Shown in pieces: positions 10,299-19,658 of a DNA stretch of 64,000 bases (positions are counted from its first letter, which is position 1; each line of letters opens with the position of its first letter). The notes under the pieces are model-generated. The model saw nothing but the letters and a program-made list of their open reading frames with translations. It was not told where the DNA came from and ran no database searches. The stretch spans positions 10,014 to 74,013 of the forward strand of contig JACCVQ010000253.1 in the NCBI GenBank assembly GCA_013698095.1, written 5' to 3'. The translations under genes and the position numbers were made by a program. The DNA is from Chloroflexota bacterium (lineage in GTDB: Bacteria; Chloroflexota; Limnocylindria; Limnocylindrales; CSP1-4).

Positions 10299-12980
10299 AC
10301 CTCCCCGACCCGACGAGCCCGTGCGGCGCGCTTCCTCGACGACCCGAAGAGCGAGGAGGGAACGCTCTTCGCGGACGCCGCCGAGGTGCTCCCGGAGGCC
10401 GCCCCGACCGAGCCCGACTGGCTTGGTGATGCGCCCTCGGCCGCTGACGCGCCTCACGAGATGAGCGCCGACGAGCGCCGCGAACGGGAAGCGGCGGCAG
10501 GGACCGCCCGCAAGGCGAAGACGGCAGCCCGGGCCCAGGAGATCGTCGGGCGCTTGAACCCAGAACAGGCTCGCGCGGTCACGACCACCGACGGACCACT
10601 CCTGATCCTCGCCGGCGCGGGCTCCGGCAAGACTCGCGTCCTCGCCCATCGGATCGCCTACCTCGTCGGCGTCAAGGAGGTCCGGCCATGGTCGATTCTG
10701 GCGGTGACCTTCACGAACCGGGCCGCAGGCGAGCTGCGCGAGCGGATCATCAGCCTGGTCGGCGAACCCGGCCGCGACGTCCAGGCCGGGACGTTCCACT
10801 CGCTCTGTGCCCGCGTCCTCCGTCGCGACGGGGAGGCGATCGGAATCGACCGGCGCTTCGTCGTCTACGACACCGAGGACCAGCAGAGCGTCATGAAGCA
10901 GCTCCTGCGCGAGGAGGATCTGCCGCTGACCGGCGAGTTCCGGCCGAGCGCGGTCCTCGGCGCGATCAGCCGGGCGAAGAACGAGATGCTCGACGCGACG
11001 TTCCTGGCCGAGAACGCGGTCAACCACCGCGAGCGGACGATCGCCAAGCTCGCGGTCCGCTACGAGCAGCGCCTCCGCAAGGTCGGCGCCCTCGACTTCG
11101 ACGATCTTCTCCTGAAGGCCGTCGTCCTGTTCGACGAGGCGCCCGACGTCCTCGCCCGCTACCAGGAGCGCTGGCGCTACCTTCATGTCGACGAGTACCA
11201 GGACACCAATCGGCCGCAGTACCTCTGGATCCGGGCCCTCGCCGCGAAGCACCGCAACCTGGCGGTCGTGGGAGACGACGACCAGTCGATCTACCGCTGG
11301 CGCGGGGCAGACCTCCGCAACATCCTCGACTTCGAGCGCGACTACCCCGACGCCGCCGTCGTCAAGCTCGAGCAGAACTACCGCTCGACCCAGCTGATCC
11401 TGGATGCCGCTCATGCCGTCGTCTCGCGCAACACCGAGCGGACCGACAAGAAGCTCTGGACGGACAAGGCCGGCGGGGCCAAGATCCAGCGCTTCGAGGC
11501 CTACAACGAGGAAGAGGAGGCCGAGTGGATCGCCCGCCAGGTCGAGGGCCTGGTCGGCGGCCGCGGCTCCGTGCTGACCCGCCGCGCCGACGATGACGAC
11601 GCGGGCTCGCTCCGTGCGCGGGACATCGCGGTCATGTACCGGATGAATGCCCAGAGCCGCGCGATCGAAGAGTCGTTCCTGCGCTACGGGATCCGCTACC
11701 AGCTGGTCGGCGGGACCCGGTTCTACAGCCGGCGGGAGGTCAAGGACGCCCTCGCCTACCTCCGCGTCCTCCGATCCGACACGGACAGCGTCAGCTTCGA
11801 GCGGATCGTCAACATTCCGGCCCGGGCAATCGGCGACAAGACGATCCAGGTGATCCGCGACGCCTCAGTCCGGGGCGAGATCTCGACCTGGGATGCGATC
11901 GAGCAGGCCGGACGCGGCGAGCTGGACGGGTTGGTGCCGCGGGCGCGGGCGGCCCTTGCCGACTTTGCCGCCCTGATCACCCGCCTTCGCTCCAAGGTTG
12001 GCGTCCTGAACCTGCCCGAGCTGCTCGACGAGACCCTCGAGGCATCCGGCTACCGGGCGATGCTCGCCGACGGCTCGGAGGACGGCGAGGACCGCTGGGC
12101 GAACCTCCTCGAGCTGCGCTCGGTCACGACGCGCTACGACGATCTCGAGCCGGAGGACGCCCTCGATCGGCTGCTCGAGGAGACGGCCCTCGTCGCCGAC
12201 CAGGATTCGTACGAGGGCGACGCCGACGCGGTCACGATGATCACGCTCCACGCGGCAAAGGGCCTCGAGTTCCCGGTCGTCTTCATCGGCGGCCTCGAGG
12301 AGGGCGTCTTCCCCCACAGCCGGGCGCTGGACGACGAGAAGGAGCTCGAGGAGGAGCGCCGCCTCGCGTACGTCGGGATGACCCGCGCGATGCGCCGCCT
12401 GTTCCTGTCCCATGCCTGGCGGCGAGCGACGTGGGGGATGGGCCAGCCATCCGTTCCGTCACGGTTCCTGCTCGAGATCCCGGCCGAGCTCATGGTCGGG
12501 CCGGATCTCGCGTCAGGGAGCGCGGGGCTGGACGTGGACCTGGACCTGGCGTTCGGCGCGCGCGGGACGACGCGGTTCGGGCGTCCGATCCGGAACGGCC
12601 TCGGCGGCGGCGCGGCGTATCGCCAGGGGAGCGGCACGCCCGGCGCGCCGCAGTCCGGACAGCCCTTCCGCCCGAGCCGCGACCTCAACGCCAAGCGCGA
12701 GGCGTACGTCGACGGGGCGCCATCGGGTTCGCTCGGCCGTCCCGGCGGGATGGGCGGGGCCGCCGGACAGAGCGCGGTCCGCCCGCCGCGGCCCATCATC
12801 CCTGGCGAACGCCAGTACCGCGACGGCGATCGGGTCCGCCACGGGCGCTGGGGCGACGGAATCGTCGTCACCTCGAAGCTGACCCGGAGCGACGAGGAGA
12901 TCACGGTCGCGTTCAAGGATGCGACGATCGGCCGGAAGACGATGCTGGCGAGCCTCGCGAACCTCGACCTCATCGGCTAG
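10296..12980 (+). CDS. pcrA: ATP-dependent DNA helicase PcrA/UvrD family
   Basis: The 894-aa ORF has SF1 helicase motifs (LNPEQARAV, AGAGSGKTRVL, VDEYQDTN, QNYRST, VTMITLHAAKGLEFPVVF, RRLAYVGMTRA). After a Gly/Pro-rich linker comes a C-terminal Tudor-like module (YRDGDRVRHGRWGDGIVV). Confidence 0.93.
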   Translation: MTSPTRRARAARFLDDPKSEEGTLFADAAEVLPEAAPTEPDWLGDAPSAADAPHEMSADERREREAAAGTARKAKTAARAQEIVGRLNPEQARAVTTTDGPLLILAGAGSGKTRVLAHRIAYLVGVKEVRPWSILAVTFTNRAAGELRERIISLVGEPGRDVQAGTFHSLCARVLRRDGEAIGIDRRFVVYDTEDQQSVMKQLLREEDLPLTGEFRPSAVLGAISRAKNEMLDATFLAENAVNHRERTIAKLAVRYEQRLRKVGALDFDDLLLKAVVLFDEAPDVLARYQERWRYLHVDEYQDTNRPQYLWIRALAAKHRNLAVVGDDDQSIYRWRGADLRNILDFERDYPDAAVVKLEQNYRSTQLILDAAHAVVSRNTERTDKKLWTDKAGGAKIQRFEAYNEEEEAEWIARQVEGLVGGRGSVLTRRADDDDAGSLRARDIAVMYRMNAQSRAIEESFLRYGIRYQLVGGTRFYSRREVKDALAYLRVLRSDTDSVSFERIVNIPARAIGDKTIQVIRDASVRGEISTWDAIEQAGRGELDGLVPRARAALADFAALITRLRSKVGVLNLPELLDETLEASGYRAMLADGSEDGEDRWANLLELRSVTTRYDDLEPEDALDRLLEETALVADQDSYEGDADAVTMITLHAAKGLEFPVVFIGGLEEGVFPHSRALDDEKELEEERRLAYVGMTRAMRRLFLSHAWRRATWGMGQPSVPSRFLLEIPAELMVGPDLASGSAGLDVDLDLAFGARGTTRFGRPIRNGLGGGAAYRQGSGTPGAPQSGQPFRPSRDLNAKREAYVDGAPSGSLGRPGGMGGAAGQSAVRPPRPIIPGERQYRDGDRVRHGRWGDGIVVTSKLTRSDEEITVAFKDATIGRKTMLASLANLDLIG

Positions 12981-12993
12981 GCTCGCGGCGATG
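12978..12993 (+). promoter_or_regulatory. -10 box overlapping the pcrA stop codon, placed for a leaderless downstream gene
   Basis: TAGGCT (12978-12983; its TAG is the pcrA stop codon), then 7 nt, then the ATG at 12991. No SD is present. Confidence 0.45.
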
Positions 12994-14088
12994 ACCGCCG
13001 TGGATCCGGAGCGCGACCGCTCCCCGATCGTCAGCCTTGCCCAGTTCGAACCGCTCGCCCGGGCGGTGATGGACCCCGCCGCGTTCGACTACATCGCGGG
13101 CGGTGCCTGGGACGAGCAGTCGCTGGCCGAGGCCGAAGAGGCATGGCGCCGTCGACGCCTCCGGCCACGCGTCCTCGTCGATGTCTCCCATGTCGACCCG
13201 GCGACGACGATGAACGGCCAGGCCGTGACGATGCCGGTCGCGATCGCGCCGATGGCCGCCCACGGCCTGGCCCACCCGTCGGCCGAGATCGCCAGCGCCG
13301 GCGCGGCCGCGGCGGCGGGCGTCCCGTTCACCCTGTCGACGTTGTCGACCGAGTCGATCGAGGACGTGGCGGCGGCTGTTCCCGACGGCATCCGCTGGTT
13401 CCAGCTCTACACCCAGGCCGACCCCCGCCGCAGCCGACGTCTCGTGGAACGCGCTGAGGCGGCCGGCTACGCCGCGGTCATCGTCACCGTTGACCTGCCG
13501 ATCCTCGGCTACCGCGAGCGGGATCTCCGGTCCGGCTGGGATCTCGCCGTCAAGCATGGCAACTTCCCCGACGGCAGGCCGGACCACGCATCGCACCGCG
13601 CCGAGGAGAGCGGCTACGACCTCCTGCAGGACGAGCTGGATCGCGCGCTGACGTGGGCGGATCTCGCAACGCTCCGGAGCTGGTCGGCGCTGCCGCTCAT
13701 CCTCAAGGGAATCCTGACCGGCGAGGACGCCCGGATGGCGATCGAGCACGGCCTCGACGGGATCGTCGTGTCGAACCATGGCGCCCGCCAGCTTGATCGG
13801 GCGATCGCGACGGCGGATGCGCTCGAGGAGGTTGTCGCAGCCGTCGACGGTCGCGCCGAGATCTGGGTGGACGGCGGGATTCGGCGCGGCCTGGACGTCG
13901 TGACAGCGCTCGCGCTCGGCGCGCGCGGCGTGCTCGTCGGCCGGCCCATCCTGTGGGCGCTGGCGGGGGGCGGCCAGAGCGGCGTCGAGCGGGCGCTCGA
14001 GATCCTGCGCCACGAGACGGTCCTGGCGATGACGTTGCTCGGCGCTCGACGACCCGACGAGCTGACGCGGAGCCACGTCGCCGGTTGA
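12991..14088 (+). CDS. FMN-dependent alpha-hydroxy acid dehydrogenase/oxidase (LldD/glycolate oxidase family)
   Basis: The 365-aa product has the family blocks PVAIAPMA, WFQLY, VTVD and VVSNHGARQLD. I chose an internal ATG because the track ORF's first 24 codons overlap pcrA. Confidence 0.88.
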   Translation: MTAVDPERDRSPIVSLAQFEPLARAVMDPAAFDYIAGGAWDEQSLAEAEEAWRRRRLRPRVLVDVSHVDPATTMNGQAVTMPVAIAPMAAHGLAHPSAEIASAGAAAAAGVPFTLSTLSTESIEDVAAAVPDGIRWFQLYTQADPRRSRRLVERAEAAGYAAVIVTVDLPILGYRERDLRSGWDLAVKHGNFPDGRPDHASHRAEESGYDLLQDELDRALTWADLATLRSWSALPLILKGILTGEDARMAIEHGLDGIVVSNHGARQLDRAIATADALEEVVAAVDGRAEIWVDGGIRRGLDVVTALALGARGVLVGRPILWALAGGGQSGVERALEILRHETVLAMTLLGARRPDELTRSHVAG

Positions 14089-14113
14089 GTCCCGCCACCG
14101 GGTGCTCGTCGCG

Positions 14114-14575
14114 TCAGGGCGCCCGCAGCTGGGCGAGATGCTCATCGACGTGCTCGTCGCCGTTCCCGCGGAACCACTCCGCCAGCGGGTCGCCTTCGGT
14201 CCAGCCGAAGTGCCCGCCGTCGAAGAGCTCCTCATCGCTGGCGCCCTCGATGGCCGTGATCATCGCGCCATACGCGTCGCGCTCGCCCGCCCGCACGTCG
14301 TCGAGCGAGCGATCCCGGCTCGCCGCGTGGAACCCGGCGTTCATCGCGTCGGTGTCCCCGCGATCGGTTGGCGGATGCCCGGAGCGGAGGGCCGCCAGGA
14401 GGTCGACGACGCGCCGTTCCCACGCCTCGAGATGAGCCACGACGTCCTTCCGGGTCCAGTCACCGTCGACGCGCTCGAGCATCTGCTCCGCGGAGAGCGC
14501 GGCGAGCGCCTGCTCGAGTCGGGCGCGCCCGTCGGCGAGCGCGGCAAGGAGCGAGGACCGGTTCATGACCACCAC
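14114..14575 (-). CDS. DinB-like four-helix-bundle family protein
   Basis: The 153-aa ORF (GTG start) has a pattern typical of the DinB/mycothiol-dependent-enzyme N-terminal domain: ...WTRKDVVAHLEAWERRVVDLL...GNGDEHVDEHLAQL. The family assignment is moderate. Confidence 0.65.
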   Translation of the reverse strand: MVVMNRSSLLAALADGRARLEQALAALSAEQMLERVDGDWTRKDVVAHLEAWERRVVDLLAALRSGHPPTDRGDTDAMNAGFHAASRDRSLDDVRAGERDAYGAMITAIEGASDEELFDGGHFGWTEGDPLAEWFRGNGDEHVDEHLAQLRAP

Positions 14576-14588
14576 GTTCGTGAGGATA
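14573..14588 (-). promoter_or_regulatory. -10 box placed for a leaderless DinB-like gene
   Basis: On the minus strand, TATCCT (14588-14583), then 7 nt, then the GTG at 14575. No SD is present. Confidence 0.45.
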
Positions 14589-14627
14589 CCGGTCAGAACC
14601 GGTCAGGTTTGCGGCGGCCGGCGTTCC

Positions 14628-16004
14628 TCAAAGACGCAGCGTCATCGCCCGATCCGGCCGGAGCAGGAACGGCGGCAGGTAGGCCGGCAGGTTCGAGAAC
14701 GGCAGCACGTCGGGATGGAGGTCGATCCCGAGAGTCTCGGCCATGAACGCGCGACGCGCCTCGATCCGGCGCCACATCCCGGGGTACCGGCTCGCGATCG
14801 TCGCCCGCAATTCCTCGTCGGCGAGGGCGATCCCGTCCTCGATGTTCGTCGTGAACCATGGGCTGCCGGTGGCCGGGATGATGTCCACCTGGAACGCCAT
14901 CCCGGACCGGAGGACGATTGGCGAGTCGGCCCAGATCGGCGAGTTCACCCATTCGTCGAGGTGGATCTGGTGGCCCGCGTTCAGGAAGATCCCGAAGAAA
15001 GGGTCACCCAGCCGGCGGGCGATGACCCCGTGGAGCCGGCCGCCCGTGACGCCGACCCGGATCGTCCGGTACCACTCCGCCACCGCCTCGAAATACGGGC
15101 CCACGAGACGCGGCACGTAGTCCCGGATCGGCTCCGGAAGCTCCGCGGCATCTTCGACCACGAACCCGGCCCGGCAGTTCAACGCGCCCCAGATCCCGAA
15201 CGCGACGGTGAACGGGTCGCCGCGCTCGATTGGCCGGTCGCCAGGGCTGAGCAGGCCGAGCCGTGCGCGCGGCCCGGCGGACAGCATCAGGTGGCACGAA
15301 AGCGGCGTGCCGTTCCAGTCGAGGAGGCGCACTGCCTCGCGCTCGGTCATCCCGGGCCGCAGCCCGTCCAGCAGCCGGCGGATGCCACCGGACGTCTGGG
15401 TCGCCGCCCACTCGAACAGCGCGAGCTGGTCGGCGTCGTTGATGACCCGCAGCCCGTCGGCCGGGTCGATCAGCAGGTCCGCCGCGTTCTCCACGACGCC
15501 CGACGGGCCGACCAGAGTGCGCAGCGCGTCCACGAGGAAGGACGGCGCCTCGAGGATCCCCCGATCGGCATACGTCTTCCAGCCGACGACCCCGACCCGG
15601 GCGCCGGGACGGACGCCCTCCTCGAGCAGGATCTCGGCGAGCGGTCGGGAGCGATCTCGTGGCTGGCTCGGCAGGCTCAGGTCCTGGAGGAGGTGTCGGC
15701 GCATCGGCAGCGGTGCCGCGCCGGCCATCCCGAAGCACTCGTTGCCGACGAGGATCGCGGGCTCGCCGTCGGGCCCGATCAGAAGGATCGCCTCCTCGAA
15801 CCGCGGGTCGAAGCCGCTCAGGAACGACATCCCGGCGCTGTGCTCGCGATCGGCCCAGACGATCGCGATATCGAGGTGCCGTGCCGCCATCCGCTCCCGC
15901 AGCTGCTCGATCCGCTCCGCGTGGAGCTCCGGCGGCAGCTCCGGCCGGACGTCGGGCATCTCGAATGTCGGGAGACCGATATTGGCTAATCGAGCGCTGC
16001 TCAC
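14628..16004 (-). CDS. M24 (pita-bread fold; creatinase/Xaa-Pro peptidase-like) family protein
   Basis: The GTG at 16004 has GGAGAG 6 nt upstream and lies 16 nt after the upstream stop codon. There is an N-terminal creatinase-like domain and a C-terminal pita-bread region (ERGDPFTVAFG..., GHQIHLDEW, MAFQVDI, NIEDGIAL). Some canonical metal-ligand positions look substituted, which I cannot verify without an alignment. Confidence 0.72.
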   Translation of the reverse strand: MSSARLANIGLPTFEMPDVRPELPPELHAERIEQLRERMAARHLDIAIVWADREHSAGMSFLSGFDPRFEEAILLIGPDGEPAILVGNECFGMAGAAPLPMRRHLLQDLSLPSQPRDRSRPLAEILLEEGVRPGARVGVVGWKTYADRGILEAPSFLVDALRTLVGPSGVVENAADLLIDPADGLRVINDADQLALFEWAATQTSGGIRRLLDGLRPGMTEREAVRLLDWNGTPLSCHLMLSAGPRARLGLLSPGDRPIERGDPFTVAFGIWGALNCRAGFVVEDAAELPEPIRDYVPRLVGPYFEAVAEWYRTIRVGVTGGRLHGVIARRLGDPFFGIFLNAGHQIHLDEWVNSPIWADSPIVLRSGMAFQVDIIPATGSPWFTTNIEDGIALADEELRATIASRYPGMWRRIEARRAFMAETLGIDLHPDVLPFSNLPAYLPPFLLRPDRAMTLRL

Positions 16005-16020
16005 GCTGCTCTCTCCTTCG

Positions 16021-17712
16021 TCATCGTTTCGGCGTCCAGGAACGCGGTTCGGCGCCGCGGGCGATCTCGACCCAGCCGTCGGCGGCAACCCGCTGCCACG
16101 GCCCCATCGTGCCGTCCGGCCACTGGACGCGCACCTCGGCCGTCGTTGCGGACCCCAGCCCGACGTGGGTCCAGCCGAGCTCGCCGCTCGCGTGCCCGCC
16201 ACCGACCGTCAGCTCGCGCCGCGCGACGATATCCCCGATCCGCGTCTCGATCCACGCCCCGATCGCGTCACGGTTCGGGCCGGGCTGGACCAGCCGGATC
16301 CCGAGCCAGTGGCCCATCGGCCGCGGCGTCGCGGCATCGCCCGCGCCGACGTTGCGCCAGAGCCGGACTGGCGAGCCGAGGTTGACCTCGATCAGGTCCA
16401 GCATGCCGTCGAGGTTCAGGTCGGCAAGGGCCGCGCCCCGGCCGAGATCGAAGCTCAGGATCCCCGCCCGGTCGGCCGCCTCCACGAAGGTTCCGTCGGC
16501 CTGCCCGAGGAGGAGGTTGCTCGGATCGCGCAACGCGAAGTCCTCCTGTTGGCGGACGTTGCCCTTGGAGACGAACAGGTCGATGAACCCGTCGTTGTTG
16601 ACGTCGTCGAACTCGGGATGCCAGGCGGTCGAGGGCAGCTCGTCCTCGCCGGTGAACGGGCGATCGGCAAGCACGCCGCGGCGCAGCCCGATGTCCCGGT
16701 ACGTCGGGCGGTCCGGCCCGGCGGTCAGGGTCTGGAGCCGGTTCTCGCCCTGGCTCGTGAGGTACACGTCGGGATATCCGTCGCCGGTGACGTCATAACT
16801 GCCGATGCCCATCCCCTCAACGTTCACCCGGACCCAACCGTCGTCGCCGGTGTAGGGCACAGGTGGTGCCCCGGGATCCATCCGCCAGAGCTGCTCCTCG
16901 CCGTCGACGTAGTAATGCTGGTCATTGCTGACCCGGAGGTCTCGCCGGCCGGAGCGGTCCCAGTCGCTGAAGAGCAGCGACAGGGCGCAGAAGCCGGGCG
17001 CGAGCTCCGTGGGTGGCGCGTAGGTCGACCCGCCGGCCACCGGCCGGACGAGCGTGTTCGCGTGGCACGGGTGGGTCGGATCGGCCGGCTCGGGATCGAC
17101 GTACTGCCCAAACGCCAGCGTCGGGAGCGTCGCGGCGCCCTCCCAGGTCGCGGCGAATGCCATCGTCGGCTCGTTGCCGCCGTCGAGGGCCCAGCGCTCG
17201 TTCGCGCGTTCGAAGCGACAATCGCCGAGCCCACGCAGCACGACGTTCTCGCCGATCCGGAGGACGGCCAGGTCGACGTGCGCGTCGCCGTCGACGTCGA
17301 GCGGATACGCCCCGGTGACGTCCAGGAGGTCCGTCGCCGGGTCGGGGGCACGGCGGAACCGCACGGCACCACCCACGGCGCTCTCGTTGCGGAACAGGGC
17401 CGCCTCGGCAGTCCCGCCGGCCACGTACGCATCGAGCAGCCCGTCTCCGTCGCAATCGAGGGTGGCGAGCCCGCCGCCCGTGAAATACGCCAGCGGCCCG
17501 TCGTACGTCTGGTCGAGACCGGCCGTCGAAGTCTCCTCCGCGAACGTCGCTGGACCGAGCGGCGTGATCGGGGTCGAGCGTCCGGCGCCGAACAGGAACC
17601 AGCCGATCCCGGCCATGGCGACCAGGCCGCTGACGGCGAGCACGCCGACCACGACGAGGACGCGGTTCGGACGACGGCGGTCCGGCGGCCTGACCTCGGC
17701 GACGGACGACAC
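16021..17712 (-). CDS. CRTAC1-type FG-GAP/VCBS repeat protein with UnbV/ASPIC C-terminal domain, N-terminal membrane anchor
   Basis: There are repeated DxDGDG-type FG-GAP motifs (DCDGDGLLDAYVAG, DVDGDAHVDLAVL, DVTGDGYPDVYLT, DVNNDGFIDLFVS, DLNLDGMLDLIEVN). The C-terminus GHWLGIRLVQPGPNRDAIGAWIE...GGGHASGE...VRVQWPDG is typical of ASPIC/UnbV. I chose the GTG at 17712, 16 nt after the upstream stop; the track ORF start at 17820 would overlap the upstream gene by about 90 nt. Confidence 0.82.
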   Translation of the reverse strand: MSSVAEVRPPDRRRPNRVLVVVGVLAVSGLVAMAGIGWFLFGAGRSTPITPLGPATFAEETSTAGLDQTYDGPLAYFTGGGLATLDCDGDGLLDAYVAGGTAEAALFRNESAVGGAVRFRRAPDPATDLLDVTGAYPLDVDGDAHVDLAVLRIGENVVLRGLGDCRFERANERWALDGGNEPTMAFAATWEGAATLPTLAFGQYVDPEPADPTHPCHANTLVRPVAGGSTYAPPTELAPGFCALSLLFSDWDRSGRRDLRVSNDQHYYVDGEEQLWRMDPGAPPVPYTGDDGWVRVNVEGMGIGSYDVTGDGYPDVYLTSQGENRLQTLTAGPDRPTYRDIGLRRGVLADRPFTGEDELPSTAWHPEFDDVNNDGFIDLFVSKGNVRQQEDFALRDPSNLLLGQADGTFVEAADRAGILSFDLGRGAALADLNLDGMLDLIEVNLGSPVRLWRNVGAGDAATPRPMGHWLGIRLVQPGPNRDAIGAWIETRIGDIVARRELTVGGGHASGELGWTHVGLGSATTAEVRVQWPDGTMGPWQRVAADGWVEIARGAEPRSWTPKR

Positions 17713-17728
17713 CCGGTGCTCGATCCCC

Positions 17729-19624
17729 TCAGGACCCGGTGGGCGCCGGTGCCGCGGCGCGCGCCGAGCCCGCGTAATAGCGCTGGGCGAGCACCCAGGC
17801 GTCCTTCCCGCACTGGGCACCGATCACCCGTCCGGTGAAGTCGTCGGCCTCGACATGGATCCCGCCGTAGATCCGCGATTGGCCGGCCTGATCTGCGGCG
17901 TCGTAATAGGTCGCCCACTCGAGCCGGACGTCGCCGGTCGGGCCCTTCTCGTTCTTCAGCGAGCCTGCCTCGATCGTGTAGCCGCTCACCCCGCCCGGGA
18001 AATACTCCGAACCGGTGAACGCGACCATCACCTCGGCGGCGGCCCGGCTGAACGTGCTGTGGCCCGACGCGTAGCCCTGGAAGGCAGGCGTGACGAACGT
18101 GGGCAGCTGGTACGGGATCCAGTCGCCGGCGAGCATCCAGACCGCGCCGCTCGTCTGGGTCTTCGGGTCGGCCGGGACGCCGGCCCAGGCCTTGATCGCG
18201 ATCTTGCCGATCCCGGCCGCGAGTGCGGCATGGCGCTGGCCGGGTGCGCTCGACTCCTTGGTCACGACCTCGATCAGGCCGGGCTCGAGCGGCAGCCCAT
18301 CGCGATGGTAGGACGGCGCGCCGGGTTCGCTCGACTGGCCGAGCCCGCCCAGGTACCGGATCATCGAGATCGGCCGGACCGAGTCGTAATGGCCCTTCAG
18401 GCCCCAGGCAGCGATCGCCGCGTCGTGGACCGCCCCGTTGAGAGCCAGGTACAGCTTCACGTCCCACTGGAGCCGGTCGAGGGTGGGTCCAGAAGCGCCG
18501 ATCCGGAGGTCCGGGGCGAGCTCGTCGGAGACGTGGTTGGCGAGGACGTTCCAGTGGCCGGGCGGTGTCTCGGACTTCGGTCCGTCGGCCCAGAACTCGG
18601 TCACGACCCGGTAGAAGTCGCCGGAGTTGACCTGAATCGGCGCGTACGCCTGGCGCGTCGCCGGGTTCACGGCGTGACCGCGGCCATCGTTCGTCCCGAG
18701 CGGATTGGCGCCGCGGGCGCCGGGCGAGACGTCGATGAGGGTGCCGGTTGCGGAGTCGAGCTGGCTCGAGGCCCTGATCACCTCGACCGCCTGCTCCTTG
18801 TAGGCGCGCGACAACTCCGGATCGCCGCCGAGACGGGGCGGGCCGCCCGGATCGATCGGAGTCCCGGCGTCACCGCCCGGTGCCAGGGCGAAGCCCGTCA
18901 CGTGACCCCAGTGCGGCCCGACCGCCTGTTGGACGCCGTTCGTGATCGGAATCCCGTTCTGGCTGATCATGTGCTCGATCTGGAGCGGTTGCCAGCGGTT
19001 CGGGTCCGTCATCGTCACGCCCGTCTCGTCGACGACGAGTGGCGGGTTCACCGGTTTGTAGTCGGGCGCGGCATACCCGTTCGCCTCGTTCGAGCCGTCC
19101 TCTCGGCCCGCCGCGAGGACCGTGGCGGCGATCCGGTTGCCGATTGCCGCCGGCGTGTCGCCCGCGGTCGAGGTCGTCGTGAGCGGGTAGCACAAGCCGT
19201 CCATGACGTCATCGAACGCGGACAGCGACTCGCTGGCGCCGACGGCCTTGATGAACCGGGCCGACAGGATCCGGTATGCCGCGTAGCTGATCGTCTCGTT
19301 GCGAGCGGCGGCAAGGTCGGGCGCGGTGTGCTTCTCGCTGAACAGGTTGCCCGACCCGACCGGGTCGTACGTCGCCCAGGCATCCCACATTGCGACGGAC
19401 AAGTGGAACAGGTTGCGGGCGTGGACCGGCGGGTTCGGGAGGGCACGCCGGATCGCCCCGAGGAGCGCCTCGTCCCAGCGCCGCGCCACGGACCACTCCG
19501 CGTCGGCGACAGGCGGACAAGCCGTCGACGGAGCTGTCAGGCGGGTGACGACAAGGCCACCGGAAGCGAGCACGACGGCCAACGCGACCACGACGATGGC
19601 CGGGCGCTTCGAACGACCCCTCAC
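17729..19624 (-). CDS. exported PAP2-superfamily protein, vanadium-dependent haloperoxidase-like
   Basis: The 631-aa ORF has a GTG start with GGAGGAAGAGG upstream and an N-terminal signal/anchor (RPAIVVVALAVVLASGGLVV). All three PAP2/vanadate-site motifs are present: KGHYDSVRP (K-x6-RP), YASGHS and SRIYGGIHVEADD (SR-x5-H-x3-D). Confidence 0.85.
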   Translation of the reverse strand: MRGRSKRPAIVVVALAVVLASGGLVVTRLTAPSTACPPVADAEWSVARRWDEALLGAIRRALPNPPVHARNLFHLSVAMWDAWATYDPVGSGNLFSEKHTAPDLAAARNETISYAAYRILSARFIKAVGASESLSAFDDVMDGLCYPLTTTSTAGDTPAAIGNRIAATVLAAGREDGSNEANGYAAPDYKPVNPPLVVDETGVTMTDPNRWQPLQIEHMISQNGIPITNGVQQAVGPHWGHVTGFALAPGGDAGTPIDPGGPPRLGGDPELSRAYKEQAVEVIRASSQLDSATGTLIDVSPGARGANPLGTNDGRGHAVNPATRQAYAPIQVNSGDFYRVVTEFWADGPKSETPPGHWNVLANHVSDELAPDLRIGASGPTLDRLQWDVKLYLALNGAVHDAAIAAWGLKGHYDSVRPISMIRYLGGLGQSSEPGAPSYHRDGLPLEPGLIEVVTKESSAPGQRHAALAAGIGKIAIKAWAGVPADPKTQTSGAVWMLAGDWIPYQLPTFVTPAFQGYASGHSTFSRAAAEVMVAFTGSEYFPGGVSGYTIEAGSLKNEKGPTGDVRLEWATYYDAADQAGQSRIYGGIHVEADDFTGRVIGAQCGKDAWVLAQRYYAGSARAAAPAPTGS

Positions 19625-19658
19625 GAGCCTCTTCCTCCGACGGAACCCCTCAGGTCAG

